DNA from: a virus
DNA: 64,000 bases
IMG/VR virus record: IMGVR_UViG_3300045971_000149
Location: 32,001 to 96,000 of that record
Strand: one strand, 5' to 3'
Shown: positions 20,090 to 29,108 of the stretch, piece by piece
Position numbering within the stretch: the stretch's first letter is position 1
How the letters are laid out: each line of letters starts with the position of its first letter
The notes under the pieces: model-generated
What the model was told of the DNA's origin: nothing
What the model saw: the letters and a program-made list of their open reading frames with translations, nothing else
The model's database searches: none
Translations under genes and position numbers: made by a program

Positions 20090-20359
20090 TTACAGTACAA
20101 AGCCCAAACGCTGGCCTTCTTCAGCGACAGCTTGCGCAACATCCAAATCGTCGCAAACCCAATCGCTGTTAAGCAAAGCGTCTACGCAATCTTCTTGTCG
20201 CTCTGCTTGCGCCAACTCAATAAAGCGCACGTCAGTGTGACCGTTACGCTCCAGCACACCCTTACGGCCTTTGCTGTTAGCATAGCGCACAGCAAACACG
20301 CCGTTTTGCTTGGAAACGCCGACGAAAGTAAAAGTGTTTGTGTTAATGTCTTTTGCCAT
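20090..20359 (-). CDS. Early hypothetical protein, paralog of 31112..31549
   Basis: GVSKQNG..VRYAN..VLERNGHTD. Confidence 0.75.
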   Translation of the reverse strand: MAKDINTNTFTFVGVSKQNGVFAVRYANSKGRKGVLERNGHTDVRFIELAQAERQEDCVDALLNSDWVCDDLDVAQAVAEEGQRLGFVL

Positions 20360-20443
20360 TTTTAACTCCTAGTGTGTTTGTGTATGTATGTATTATAACG
20401 CCGTTTTGCTTTACTGTCAACTACCCTATGCACTGTAGGGTTA

Positions 20444-20671
20444 TTAGTATTTCTGTACGCGGATGATCTGATGCAAGTAAGCCCAGCTGCCGTTCTTGTC
20501 ATCGCCGCTTGCCAACGTGTAGCCAATGCCGGGAATGCCGTTCTTTATGTCTGCATCCACTTCGTCGACAATAGCGCGGACGCCCATGCCGCTGCCGAAG
20601 TTTGTGGCAACCCAAACGATGCTTCCCACCTTTACGTCGCGTAGTGTAATCATATAGTCCTTTGTTTGCAT
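20444..20671 (-). CDS. Small early hypothetical protein
   Basis: Own promoter; true start may be second Met at 20653. Confidence 0.7.
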   Translation of the reverse strand: MQTKDYMITLRDVKVGSIVWVATNFGSGMGVRAIVDEVDADIKNGIPGIGYTLASGDDKNGSWAYLHQIIRVQKY

Positions 20672-20723
20672 GTATGTATTATACTCTCAAACTGCAGAAC
20701 TGTCAACAACCCTATGCACCGTA

Positions 20724-20775
20724 GGGGCTTTATTGTGTTAGGCACAATCGCCGTCCATCCCCGCCTTGTTCGAAG
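20724..20775 (-). ncRNA. Candidate promoter-driven small RNA
   Basis: Promoter TTGACA(20804)/TACAAT(20781), no ORF before next promoter; shares GGGATGGACGGCGA with the 36.2-kb transcript. Confidence 0.5.
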
Positions 20776-20812
20776 TATGTATTGTAACACCTTCGATCAA
20801 GTTTGTCAATCC

Positions 20813-21058
20813 CTATCGTAGATCACCAAACAGGCTGAATCCAGTCTTGGGATCAGGAAGATCTGCGTTGTCGATTGGATGTATGACAGGCTCATCCTCT
20901 TGTTCAGCTTCGTCGGACAGCTTGATCAGGTTGAGCTCCTCCCATGCTCTCCACAGGTCGTAGTCAGGATCGCCAGTGTTGCTTTCCATAGCGGCTATTC
21001 CTTGTTGCAGGAACTGCAGGGCGATCTTAGCCCGGATGAGTTTCTCTTTGTGTTTCAT
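20813..21058 (-). CDS. Small acidic early protein
   Basis: AAGGAAG RBS; 81 aa. Confidence 0.7.
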   Translation of the reverse strand: MKHKEKLIRAKIALQFLQQGIAAMESNTGDPDYDLWRAWEELNLIKLSDEAEQEDEPVIHPIDNADLPDPKTGFSLFGDLR

Positions 21059-21070
21059 GTTATTGCTTCC

Positions 21071-21211
21071 TTAGAATATGATTACTTCGTCGCCGTCGTC
21101 TTTAACTTCGTCGATCGGGTTAGTGCAGTCCCACTCGCCACACCACACAGTTACCTGCTTGTCCTGATCCATACGAGACAACATCTCCATCAATTCGCGT
21201 ACAGTCATCAT
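21071..21211 (-). pseudogene. Small early gene with apparent frameshift
   Basis: MMTVRELMEMLSRMDQDKQVTV continues in another frame as GGEWDCTNPIDEVKDDGDEVIIF; shift at a TG run. Confidence 0.45.
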
Positions 21212-21267
21212 CTACTCCTTTGTTGCTATGTATGTATTATACTCTCTTTTGGACAGAGTGTCAACCG

Positions 21268-21495
21268 CTATCGCACTTCGAATCGACCTTTAGCGTCACG
21301 AGCTGGATTGCGATAGATGTCACGATAGCTGCCAGATGCTAGTTGATAGACTGCGATGTCGCGTTGCTCTGTCTTCCAGAGATTGTATACAAAGTTGCAG
21401 CATTCGCCTAGACTGTTGCTTTCAAACAACACCACAGCGTCATCATCGTGTGCCAGCTTGAACTCGGGATTAAGGTAGAAGCATTGGTATTCCAT
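21268..21495 (-). CDS. Small early hypothetical protein
   Basis: MEYQCFYL start after AAGGA. Confidence 0.65.
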   Translation of the reverse strand: MEYQCFYLNPEFKLAHDDDAVVLFESNSLGECCNFVYNLWKTEQRDIAVYQLASGSYRDIYRNPARDAKGRFEVR

Positions 21496-21496
21496 C

Positions 21497-21658
21497 TTAG
21501 ATCTTTGCGTCCTTAACCATAGCTTGACAGAAAAAACGGTAGCCATTGTCGCCACCAACAGACATACCACCTTGCAGTTTCCAACCATCTTCCAACATCT
21601 CGTTTACTGTGTCAGTGAGTGCGTCTGCGCTGGATTCTTGAACTGCAAAATATTCCAT
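21497..21658 (-). CDS. DUF1737-like small protein
   Basis: Manual translation: VNEMLEDGWKLQGG...FCQAMVK. Confidence 0.65.
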   Translation of the reverse strand: MEYFAVQESSADALTDTVNEMLEDGWKLQGGMSVGGDNGYRFFCQAMVKDAKI

Positions 21659-21709
21659 TGTGTGTCCTTTGTTGCTATGTATGTATTATACTCTCTTTTG
21701 GACAGAGTG

Positions 21710-22252
21710 TCAACCAAAGTCCCGTGCCATCTTGTACTCGCAACGAGCAATCTCTTCCAACTGCTCCTTGATGCTATGCAAGCGATCATACAGGCGTTCC
21801 ATAGCCATATCCTGCTCAGGACCTTCGCCCAATGCACCTTCCTGGTATGCATCCAACTGCTCCTGGATAGCGATCTGCTCTTCGCACAGGTTGCCCACAT
21901 CGCCTACCATCACCTTAGGAACCATAACCTTAGCCACTGCGGCAGCGGCCTTCTCCTGTGCAATCTCTACCAACTGGCCTGCATACTTGTTGATGCGCGG
22001 CACACCTTTCACGTTGGGCTTGCGCCAGTATGCGATCTGCTTGTCGGACAAGCGGTTGAACTTGCTGTAGAAGTTAGCCATTGACGTGCCCATACGTGCA
22101 TCGGCGGGTGTGAAGCCAATGCCGTTCTGGTAGCGGGTCTGTTCGCTTACTTGCTCGTCACGCACTTGGCGTTCGTTGAGCACTACCAAAGCACGGGCAA
22201 TGGCCTTGTTAGAAGTGTTCAGCAGGTCCAGGATTTGTTGCTTGCTTGTCAT
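21710..22252 (-). CDS. Conserved phage early hypothetical protein
   Basis: 180 aa, NGIGFTPADA motif; own promoter. Confidence 0.75.
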   Translation of the reverse strand: MTSKQQILDLLNTSNKAIARALVVLNERQVRDEQVSEQTRYQNGIGFTPADARMGTSMANFYSKFNRLSDKQIAYWRKPNVKGVPRINKYAGQLVEIAQEKAAAAVAKVMVPKVMVGDVGNLCEEQIAIQEQLDAYQEGALGEGPEQDMAMERLYDRLHSIKEQLEEIARCEYKMARDFG

Positions 22253-22287
22253 ACAGTACTCCTTGTTGCGATGTATGTATTATACAA

Positions 22288-22467
22288 TCAAACAGAAGCC
22301 TTGTCAACCTCTTTCTTCAGTTCGCTGTAGTTCTTCATCACAAAGACGTACTCGTCCTGTGTGAGTTTTGTTGCAGAAGCAGCTCTAGGATCGAGCATGT
22401 TCCACTTGCCGCTGCGTTGCACCTTGACGTAGGCTTTGAAGTCTTTCAGTTGCTTTGCTGTAAACAT
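22288..22467 (-). CDS. Small early hypothetical protein
   Basis: MFTAKQ; VQRSGKWNMLD..NYSEL. Confidence 0.7.
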   Translation of the reverse strand: MFTAKQLKDFKAYVKVQRSGKWNMLDPRAASATKLTQDEYVFVMKNYSELKKEVDKASV

Positions 22468-22527
22468 TGTGTCTCCTTGTTGCGATGTATGTATTATACA
22501 ATCAAACTGCAGACCTGTCAACCGGAA

Positions 22528-22701
22528 TCAGTACGTCTCTTTGTGGATTGTGAACTGATCTGCAGGATACTTTGCTTTGAACTCATCCGTAGCCATGTAC
22601 TCGCGCAAGGCTTTGGCGTCAAAGAACACCTTACTCAGGACCGATTGTAGCTTGCCGATTGGGCACACTGTAAGATAGACTGACTTCGCTTTACCTGCCA
22701 T
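22528..22701 (-). CDS. Small early hypothetical protein
   Basis: Manual translation MAGKAKSVYLTV...; AGGAG RBS. Confidence 0.65.
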   Translation of the reverse strand: MAGKAKSVYLTVCPIGKLQSVLSKVFFDAKALREYMATDEFKAKYPADQFTIHKETY

Positions 22702-22811
22702 TAGAGTTCTCCTGTGATCAAATAGAATGCCAAGTCGGCATCAAAGGGTTCCCAAGGGACGATACATTCCAATCCTACCCAATGAATGTACTCGTTGCTG
22801 AATGTAGACAT
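22701..22811 (-). CDS. Very small early protein (36 aa)
   Basis: MSTFSNEYIHW after promoter and AAGGA. Confidence 0.5.
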   Translation of the reverse strand: MSTFSNEYIHWVGLECIVPWEPFDADLAFYLITGEL

Positions 22812-22844
22812 ATCGTTCCTTTGTTTGTGTGCTATTATAACACG

Positions 22845-23216
22845 TTATTGCAGATTGAGCAACTCTTTTTCTTCCTGGCTCAACTTCGCAAGGGCGTTCT
22901 GACGAACCAAATACTTGCGCTCTGCTTCGGCACGTTCTTCTTCTTTCCACTTCACTGCCCAGCTTAGGTCGTCCAAATCAGACTCTGCATCGGTGCTGTA
23001 GAAGAAGTCGACTTCGAAGTAAGTGCGATCGCGTTTGTCCAGATCAAACAGGCTAAACGTCATGTCGTTGCGAGCAGCCATTTCAAAGTTCGCGTGTTGG
23101 GCACGTTGCAGGACTGCCATCAAACGATTTGGGTAGGATGCCTCTTGTTCTTCAAGCATTGCCTGACGCACTACTTCTTCCCGGGCCATACGCTCTGCTT
23201 TAGTTTCTTTTGCCAT
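22845..23216 (-). CDS. Early hypothetical protein
   Basis: MAKETK; C-term ALAKLSQEEKELLNL. Confidence 0.7.
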   Translation of the reverse strand: MAKETKAERMAREEVVRQAMLEEQEASYPNRLMAVLQRAQHANFEMAARNDMTFSLFDLDKRDRTYFEVDFFYSTDAESDLDDLSWAVKWKEEERAEAERKYLVRQNALAKLSQEEKELLNLQ

Positions 23217-23376
23217 TTCGTTCATCCTTTTTGTCTATGCGTTAATTATAGCAAGGTTTTACCAAAGCGTCAACACCTATTTCAAAGACCCTACAGGGTG
23301 ATGGGATAAATAAAAGTGCCGCTCGCGACACGCCAATGTCCAGCAGCTCTAACAGTTTATAAGGAACTAATCAGCA

Positions 23377-23727
23377 ATGTATTTACACTTCTATGTCTAC
23401 GCCTATCTGCGTATTGACGGCACACCCTACTACAAAGGCAATGGTGATCGAGCTTACGCAAAACACCGCATTCCTGTGCCAAAAGATCGATCGAGGATCG
23501 TGTTCCTTGAGACAAACCTAACTGATATCGGCGCATTGGCAATTGAGCGCAGACTGATTGCTTGGTACGGACGCAAGGACTTAGGCACAGGTATCTTGCG
23601 TAACCTTACAGACGGCGGCGAAGGTTCAAGTGGAGCAACTAGATCACAAGAAACTCGCGATAAAATATCAGCCGCAAAGAAAGGCATACCTGCTCATAAC
23701 AAAGGAAAAACGAGTAGGAAGAGTTAG
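23377..23727 (+). CDS. Degenerate GIY-YIG (Seg-like) homing endonuclease with NUMOD3-like tail
   Basis: [14 protein letters not shown](--)[32 protein letters not shown]; opposite strand to neighbours. Confidence 0.75.
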   Translation: MYLHFYVYAYLRIDGTPYYKGNGDRAYAKHRIPVPKDRSRIVFLETNLTDIGALAIERRLIAWYGRKDLGTGILRNLTDGGEGSSGATRSQETRDKISAAKKGIPAHNKGKTSRKS

Positions 23728-23771
23728 TTCCTACTGTTTGTTGCTATGTATGTATTTTACAACCGAAATGT

Positions 23772-23927
23772 CTACTTGTCAAGTGCTGTTAGGTCTTTTT
23801 TCAACCATGCAAGGTTAGTGGAACTCATCAACCGCAGACCATGGCGGAAGGCTATGTAGACTGACTTGGCGCCGCCTACGTGCTTCTCAATTATGAAAGT
23901 CTTGTACTGAAACCTATCTTTGATCAT
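23772..23927 (-). CDS. Small early hypothetical protein
   Basis: MIKDRFQYK. Confidence 0.55.
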   Translation of the reverse strand: MIKDRFQYKTFIIEKHVGGAKSVYIAFRHGLRLMSSTNLAWLKKDLTALDK

Positions 23928-23928
23928 G

Positions 23929-24120
23929 TTAGGCAACCTTTGTGATCTCACCGCGCCAGTAGCACTCGTAGGATCCACCGTCCCAACGTGCCTTGTAGGC
24001 CTGCGCTTCTTCCAGTGTTGTAAAGAACTTGGTGTCACTTGGATCGCAGCGTTGACCCCAACCTGCTTCGTACTCGGTGATCACTACCTTATACAGTGTT
24101 CCCATCTTGACTTCGGACAT
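23929..24120 (-). CDS. Small early hypothetical protein
   Basis: MSEVK; EYEAGWGQR; AAGGAG RBS. Confidence 0.7.
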   Translation of the reverse strand: MSEVKMGTLYKVVITEYEAGWGQRCDPSDTKFFTTLEEAQAYKARWDGGSYECYWRGEITKVA

Positions 24121-24170
24121 TTGCTTCTCCTTACTTGATGTATGTAGTATAACGCCGATCAGAGAAGATG

Positions 24171-24365
24171 TCAACCAACGAACTCCCTAACCCAATGAAA
24201 CCGTGTTGTAGCAGGCATCCACCGATACTGTTGACGCCTGCGTTCCTCTGTCTCAAAGTCGTAGCAGACGCAAACCCAACCGCGGTCTTCGGAGAACGCC
24301 ACCTTGTCAGCGACCTTCACAACCTGTACATACCTGCCGTCCATCATCTTTGCTACTATCATCAT
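24171..24365 (-). CDS. Small early hypothetical protein
   Basis: AGGAGG RBS; stop inside next -35 box. Confidence 0.7.
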   Translation of the reverse strand: MMIVAKMMDGRYVQVVKVADKVAFSEDRGWVCVCYDFETEERRRQQYRWMPATTRFHWVREFVG

Positions 24366-24429
24366 ATCGCCTCCTAGTCCATGCATGTATTATAGCAAAG
24401 AATAAAGACCCTGTCAACTGATGGGAATT

Positions 24430-24713
24430 AAACGGTTTACAGCAATGTTTCAGGTGGTCTGCGCATTAGCGACAACAGCAGCGATTCTACCGCTGTACGT
24501 CTATCTGAGGCCTATATAAATCAATGACTTACGTCGCCTTAACCGTAGCATCTGAGACAACTTTAAGTAGATCAAATAAACGAGCCGTTCCGCAGGAGTA
24601 GGCAACAGTGTGAAGCTCGCCCTTATGCCCACACGTTCCACTCCGAACACAAGGGCAATCACATCGGAAAGGGCACACCTGCCCAATTGGGATCCTGCCC
24701 TGCACAAGGGTGC
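24430..24713 (-). ncRNA. Candidate structured ncRNA
   Basis: 14-bp G-U-rich helix with possible pseudoknot; no credible ORF. Confidence 0.45.
24519..24531 (+). promoter_or_regulatory. IHF consensus site
   Basis: AATCAA-TGAC-TTA matches WATCAANNNNTTR with AT-rich 5' flank. Confidence 0.55.
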
Positions 24714-24839
24714 TCACTTTGCCACCTGTGTCACTGCCGCCTTAGTCGCTTCGATTCCTTTATCAGCAACCTTAGCAACCCCAGCGAAGCCCACGGTTGC
24801 TACCGCGATGCCCAAGATGAATCCGATTAGAAATTGCAT
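24714..24839 (-). CDS. Small membrane protein (41 aa)
   Basis: MQFLIGFILGIAVATVGFAGVAKVADKG; AAGGA RBS. Confidence 0.7.
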   Translation of the reverse strand: MQFLIGFILGIAVATVGFAGVAKVADKGIEATKAAVTQVAK

Positions 24840-24851
24840 AGTGTTTCCTTG

Positions 24852-25211
24852 TTAAGCAATTGACTTGAAGTAACCATAAGGGATGCCTTGTTCCCAGCAA
24901 AAGTAGTCCCAGTCGCCGTTGCAACCGCTAGCTTCCATCAACCAACGCAGTGCATCTTCACGTGAACCAGCACCAGTTGCAATCGTAGCGCGAACCAGCA
25001 ACTCCAGCTTCTCGATAGCCGCAACCTGATCCAACTCACGTTGTTCCCACACAACCTTAGCCTGCTCACCCAAACGGGTTAGCATCTCCACCAAGTCTTC
25101 TTCTGTGCAGGAAGCAAAGTCTACCCAACGAGGACGCACGTTGTACACTTCCTTGTAGAAGTCCCAGTACTCTGCTACCAGTTCGTCTTTGCGGGTCATT
25201 ACGTATTCCAT
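24852..25211 (-). CDS. Conserved phage early hypothetical protein
   Basis: WDFYKEVYNVRPRW motif; own promoter. Confidence 0.75.
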   Translation of the reverse strand: MEYVMTRKDELVAEYWDFYKEVYNVRPRWVDFASCTEEDLVEMLTRLGEQAKVVWEQRELDQVAAIEKLELLVRATIATGAGSREDALRWLMEASGCNGDWDYFCWEQGIPYGYFKSIA

Positions 25212-25267
25212 TGTGTGTCCTTTGTTGCTATGTATGTATTATACTCTCAATTCGCAGGGCTGTCAAC

Positions 25268-25384
25268 CTATCCCTTAGCGATCTTGATAGCAAGTGCAAT
25301 CAACTGTGCGGTAGTCAACGGAACGAACTTTTGGTCCTGAGCCCGCTTAACGTGATCTGCTTGAACAATAGTAAACTGTGGCAT
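25268..25384 (-). CDS. Very small early protein (38 aa)
   Basis: Own promoter and AAGGA RBS. Confidence 0.55.
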   Translation of the reverse strand: MPQFTIVQADHVKRAQDQKFVPLTTAQLIALAIKIAKG

Positions 25385-25439
25385 GTTGTTTCCTTAGTGT
25401 GTTGCGATGTATGTATTATAAGGCCAATTCGGAAAACTG

Positions 25440-25757
25440 TCAAGTAGTCTCTTCCAGTTCTTCCCATCCCATAGAAGCACACAAGTAGTTCACACCGTCC
25501 ACTTCTACAATGTCGCCTACACTAACAGAGCGACCACGTCCGTACAGTTGCTCGCGTTCGCCTTGACGCGACGGGTTGTTTGTCAGGTCAAATGCTTCTT
25601 CAGCAGCGTCAATGCCTTCTGCATCAACTGCAAAGCAAGGGCGGATCTCATAGGATTTGTAGTTGTCCATTGCCACGTTGGCTTGACCACGCTTGCTAGT
25701 GTAGAAAGACATTATCAGTTCTGCAGGGGCTAGCTTGATAGTTACTACTGAAATCAT
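25440..25757 (-). CDS. YodL-like domain protein
   Basis: AFDLTNNP..GRSVSVGDIVEV..Y..ASMGW. Confidence 0.6.
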   Translation of the reverse strand: MISVVTIKLAPAELIMSFYTSKRGQANVAMDNYKSYEIRPCFAVDAEGIDAAEEAFDLTNNPSRQGEREQLYGRGRSVSVGDIVEVDGVNYLCASMGWEELEETT

Positions 25758-25821
25758 TGTGTGCTCCTTGTTGCGATGTATGTATTATAACAAAGAAAGC
25801 AGGGGCTGTCAACCCCGTTGC

Positions 25822-26043
25822 TTACTTGAGACCAAACAGTCTTGCAGCTTCTAACGCAGCAGCAGGCAGCGGCTCGCCCGTGCTTTTTGCAATAGTAAAC
25901 GCGGCTTGCATTGCAGCAAGTTGCGCAGGGCTAACACGCACACCCAAATAGGAGCCAACCTCAACTTTAGCTTGCAAACTGCGCAAACTGTTAAGTTGAC
26001 GCTTGGACAAGTTGGAAACTACTGCGGATTGTACTGGAGTCAT
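25822..26043 (-). CDS. Small early hypothetical protein
   Basis: Own promoter/RBS. Confidence 0.65.
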   Translation of the reverse strand: MTPVQSAVVSNLSKRQLNSLRSLQAKVEVGSYLGVRVSPAQLAAMQAAFTIAKSTGEPLPAAALEAARLFGLK

Positions 26044-26107
26044 TTTGTGTTCCTTTGTTGCGATGTATGTATTATAGCGCCTTTCAATAACCCTGTCAAC
26101 CGATGGG

Positions 26108-26317
26108 TTATTCCTTCTCTTGCACCCAGAGGCTATCTAGGTCTGCATCTAGGTCTGCCAGCAACCCTGCAATCGCAAAGGCGTACTCATCACCAACATC
26201 TGTACCACCTAACTCTTGGGCAATAATTGCAGCGGCCGACTCCAGGCGCATCTTGGCCTGTGACAGGTTGTAGATTGCCTTACGTTGCTCTGCGGTGAGC
26301 GTTGCGGTGTTAGTCAT
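26108..26317 (-). CDS. Small acidic early protein
   Basis: 69 aa, second gene of its unit. Confidence 0.65.
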   Translation of the reverse strand: MTNTATLTAEQRKAIYNLSQAKMRLESAAAIIAQELGGTDVGDEYAFAIAGLLADLDADLDSLWVQEKE

Positions 26318-26320
26318 GCC

Positions 26321-26494
26321 CTATGCGCCTTCAATGCTTTCCAGCTCATGCAGTTGCACCATCAAGTCCAAACGCACGGCGTACAGGGCGTTGATCTCAT
26401 CCTCCATCCCATCCAACAGTTCCAGCAAGTCAATAGATCCTTGCAAGCGCAGGATTGCCATTTCCAAGTGGTGTGTTGCAGTAGTTCCGTCCAT
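26321..26494 (-). CDS. Small acidic early protein (57 aa)
   Basis: Manual translation MDGTTATHHLEMAIL...; AAGGAG RBS. Confidence 0.65.
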   Translation of the reverse strand: MDGTTATHHLEMAILRLQGSIDLLELLDGMEDEINALYAVRLDLMVQLHELESIEGA

Positions 26495-26576
26495 TGTGTA
26501 CTCCTTGTTGCGATGTATGTATTATAACGCTAAAGTGTGCAGCAGTCAACCAAAGACCCTGCACACTATAGGGCTA

Positions 26577-26810
26577 TTAATTTACTGTGTTGCAGCCCAT
26601 CAACTTACCCTTCAAGCTGTACGCACAAGCGTAAATGCGACCGGGCTCCATGCTGTCCTCTGTGCACGTTACAAACGCAAGCACTTCATCCTTGCCCTGA
26701 TACTTTACAACTTTAGCACTTTGTTGCAGGAAGTTGTTGCCGAAGGGCAGTTGCTTTTTAGCAACGGTGAATGCAATGCCGTTTGCGCTAACAGTAATGT
26801 CGTTTTTCAT
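26577..26810 (-). CDS. Small early hypothetical protein
   Basis: MKNDITV; own promoter. Confidence 0.65.
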   Translation of the reverse strand: MKNDITVSANGIAFTVAKKQLPFGNNFLQQSAKVVKYQGKDEVLAFVTCTEDSMEPGRIYACAYSLKGKLMGCNTVN

Positions 26811-26889
26811 AAAGCCCTTTGTGTTGTTTAAGTATGTATTATAACGCAAAGAAGGGCTACTGTCAACAATAGCCCTTCACGTTAGTCAA

Positions 26890-27150
26890 CTATGCAAGCA
26901 CACACTTGACAGTAATTCCTGCACCAAAACTACGGTGCCATGCCTCGGGTTCCTGCGTAAGCGTAACATTTTCCGCACCGCAAGCGGCACGCAATGCAGC
27001 AAGTGCCTTGTCGTTTCCGCGGTAATAGCACTTAACGCGGCGTTGGTTGCCCGTGTGTCCTGTTGTTTTGTTTGTGTACATCATATTTCCGTTAACGCCG
27101 TTGGCGCGCATGATGTTACGGACTTGCAGGGTGGTAAGCAGTTTAGCCAT
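26890..27150 (-). CDS. Small early hypothetical protein
   Basis: Own promoter/RBS. Confidence 0.7.
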   Translation of the reverse strand: MAKLLTTLQVRNIMRANGVNGNMMYTNKTTGHTGNQRRVKCYYRGNDKALAALRAACGAENVTLTQEPEAWHRSFGAGITVKCVLA

Positions 27151-27230
27151 TTCGTTTCCTTTTGCGTTTAAAAATGTATTATAACAGCAAAGCGCAAAGT
27201 TGTCAACAACCCTACGCTTTACTCAACTAC

Positions 27231-27551
27231 TTAAAATTCGTACACGTCGTCCGTTTCCTCAACCCACAGTGTGCCATCCTTGCGTTTGTACACTACAACG
27301 TCCTTGCCGTAAAAGCGTTCGTCTTCGTATGCACTGCCCATAAAGTCGTACACTTCCACACCTTCAACCCGCTTCATGTCGCGCAGTGCAAAGCGTTCCA
27401 CAATCGTGTCGCCGTCATCGCCGTCGCTTGCAAGTGTCCAACCTTCTGTTCCAATGTTGTACTTCACATTGTCTTGCCAACGTGCGTCATCTTGCCACAG
27501 TGTTTGCAACAATTGCAGTTTCACAAACTTCAGCGTTTTAACTTCTTTCAT
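27231..27551 (-). CDS. Acidic early hypothetical protein
   Basis: Own promoter/RBS. Confidence 0.7.
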   Translation of the reverse strand: MKEVKTLKFVKLQLLQTLWQDDARWQDNVKYNIGTEGWTLASDGDDGDTIVERFALRDMKRVEGVEVYDFMGSAYEDERFYGKDVVVYKRKDGTLWVEETDDVYEF

Positions 27552-27625
27552 ACAGTTCCTTTGTTGCTATGTGTGTATTATAGCAGCAAAGCGCAAAGCT
27601 GTCAACAACCCTATGCACTGTAGGG

Positions 27626-27904
27626 TTATACCTCTTCCTCTTCTGTCTCCTTGACTTCCCACAACGGCTCAGCGAAGTCGTAGCCTTCTGATATCAGTTC
27701 CTCTGCTGCACGGATGAACTCGGCTTGTAGATCCCATACTGCGGCTGCGATGCGTTCGTCTTTCTTGCGGCGTGCTCGAGCAGTGCCTTCCTGATAGATC
27801 ATTCCGTAGTGTTCTTTGCAGTAGCTCGATTCATTGTGAAGAGCAGTGCAACCACAAGGAACGTTGCCGTTCCCCAGGTATTGGCATTCAGTTACTTTGT
27901 CCAT
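27626..27904 (-). CDS. Small Zn-finger-like early protein
   Basis: CQY..CGC..SSYCKEH. Confidence 0.65.
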   Translation of the reverse strand: MDKVTECQYLGNGNVPCGCTALHNESSYCKEHYGMIYQEGTARARRKKDERIAAAVWDLQAEFIRAAEELISEGYDFAEPLWEVKETEEEEV

Positions 27905-27925
27905 TTTCGTTATCCTTTGTTATTT

Positions 27926-28801
27926 TTAAATTCGACGCATGCAGGTAGTCTTGCACATTGCTTGCCAGCTAGCAGGAAAGCTCTTGCGCAAGTCAGCAAC
28001 CTTCAACACCATACGTAGTGACAGTTCGCGCAGCTTATCCTTGTTGTCATTAATAAACTTAACAACCTCGGCTTCCACTTCGGGCTCGAACTCGTAGTTA
28101 GCAAGCATCTTTGCGCCGGTAACCACTTGGTGTATACGCAGCATCTTTTCACGTTGCGTATCCATTTGCAGATCGATATAGTGACAACGGCTTTCCAATG
28201 CTGCCAAGTGCTCCTTCAAACGTTTAGACTTAACGTGCTCAAACTTAATGTTAGTAATAAAGATCGCAGAACCTTTAAACTCGAAACGATCCGGGATGCC
28301 TTCGCCACGCAGCAAGCGGCTATCAGTGTTCCAGCTAATCCAACGCTTCTCGGAACTGTCCAATGCACCTTTCAAGATGTTCAGGCTAATCTCGTCCAAC
28401 AGCACAGAGTCGCAGTCGTCGAATACAACCACACTACCTTTAGCAGAGTACTCATACAGCTTGCGGTACAGGCCTAGTGCGCTAATAGCACCACCTTTGA
28501 CGATTTCGTACTTTGGCTTCTTATTGGCAAGCTTAGTGAACAGGTCATCCTTTTCCAGGACTTTCTCAATACCAAAGGACTTACCAACACCAGGAGGGCC
28601 ACTAACAATCATTGCACGTACATCGCCGCTCTTCACAGCCTTTGCCATCTCCGTTAGGATCATAAAGCGTTCTTCAAGACGCGCAAGGATCTCTTCGTCG
28701 GTTTCGCGGGCCACCTCTTGCTCACGTGCTTTGATCTTATCGTGATCAAACTCAAGTACTGTTGCGCCTGCGGATGCTTTTTTGGATGCTGCTGTTGCCA
28801 T
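27926..28801 (-). CDS. AAA+ ATPase (paralog 2)
   Basis: GPPGVGKS, VVVFDDCD, ILKGALDS, ALESR. Confidence 0.85.
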   Translation of the reverse strand: MATAASKKASAGATVLEFDHDKIKAREQEVARETDEEILARLEERFMILTEMAKAVKSGDVRAMIVSGPPGVGKSFGIEKVLEKDDLFTKLANKKPKYEIVKGGAISALGLYRKLYEYSAKGSVVVFDDCDSVLLDEISLNILKGALDSSEKRWISWNTDSRLLRGEGIPDRFEFKGSAIFITNIKFEHVKSKRLKEHLAALESRCHYIDLQMDTQREKMLRIHQVVTGAKMLANYEFEPEVEAEVVKFINDNKDKLRELSLRMVLKVADLRKSFPASWQAMCKTTCMRRI

Positions 28802-28874
28802 TGTATATTCCTTAGTGTGGTTGTGTATGTGTGTATTATAACAAAGAAACGTTACCTTGTCAACCTCTTTATGC

Positions 28875-29099
28875 TTACAGAGTAAACTGTTTCAGCAATG
28901 TCGTTGCCATCTTGGTATCGTTAACCTTATCCATAAAGGCCAGGATCATCAACTCTACCACAGTCTCGGCGTCCTTGCGATCAGCCTTACCCAGAGTGGC
29001 AATAAAGCGTCGAACCTGATCCTGCCCCTCCATTGCCCATATGATGTCAGCGAATGCCATCTGCTTTGCGGAAAGTCCCGGGATTACAATATCGTTCAT
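28875..29099 (-). CDS. Small early hypothetical protein
   Basis: AAGGA RBS. Confidence 0.7.
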   Translation of the reverse strand: MNDIVIPGLSAKQMAFADIIWAMEGQDQVRRFIATLGKADRKDAETVVELMILAFMDKVNDTKMATTLLKQFTL

Positions 29100-29108
29100 G
29101 ATAGTTCC

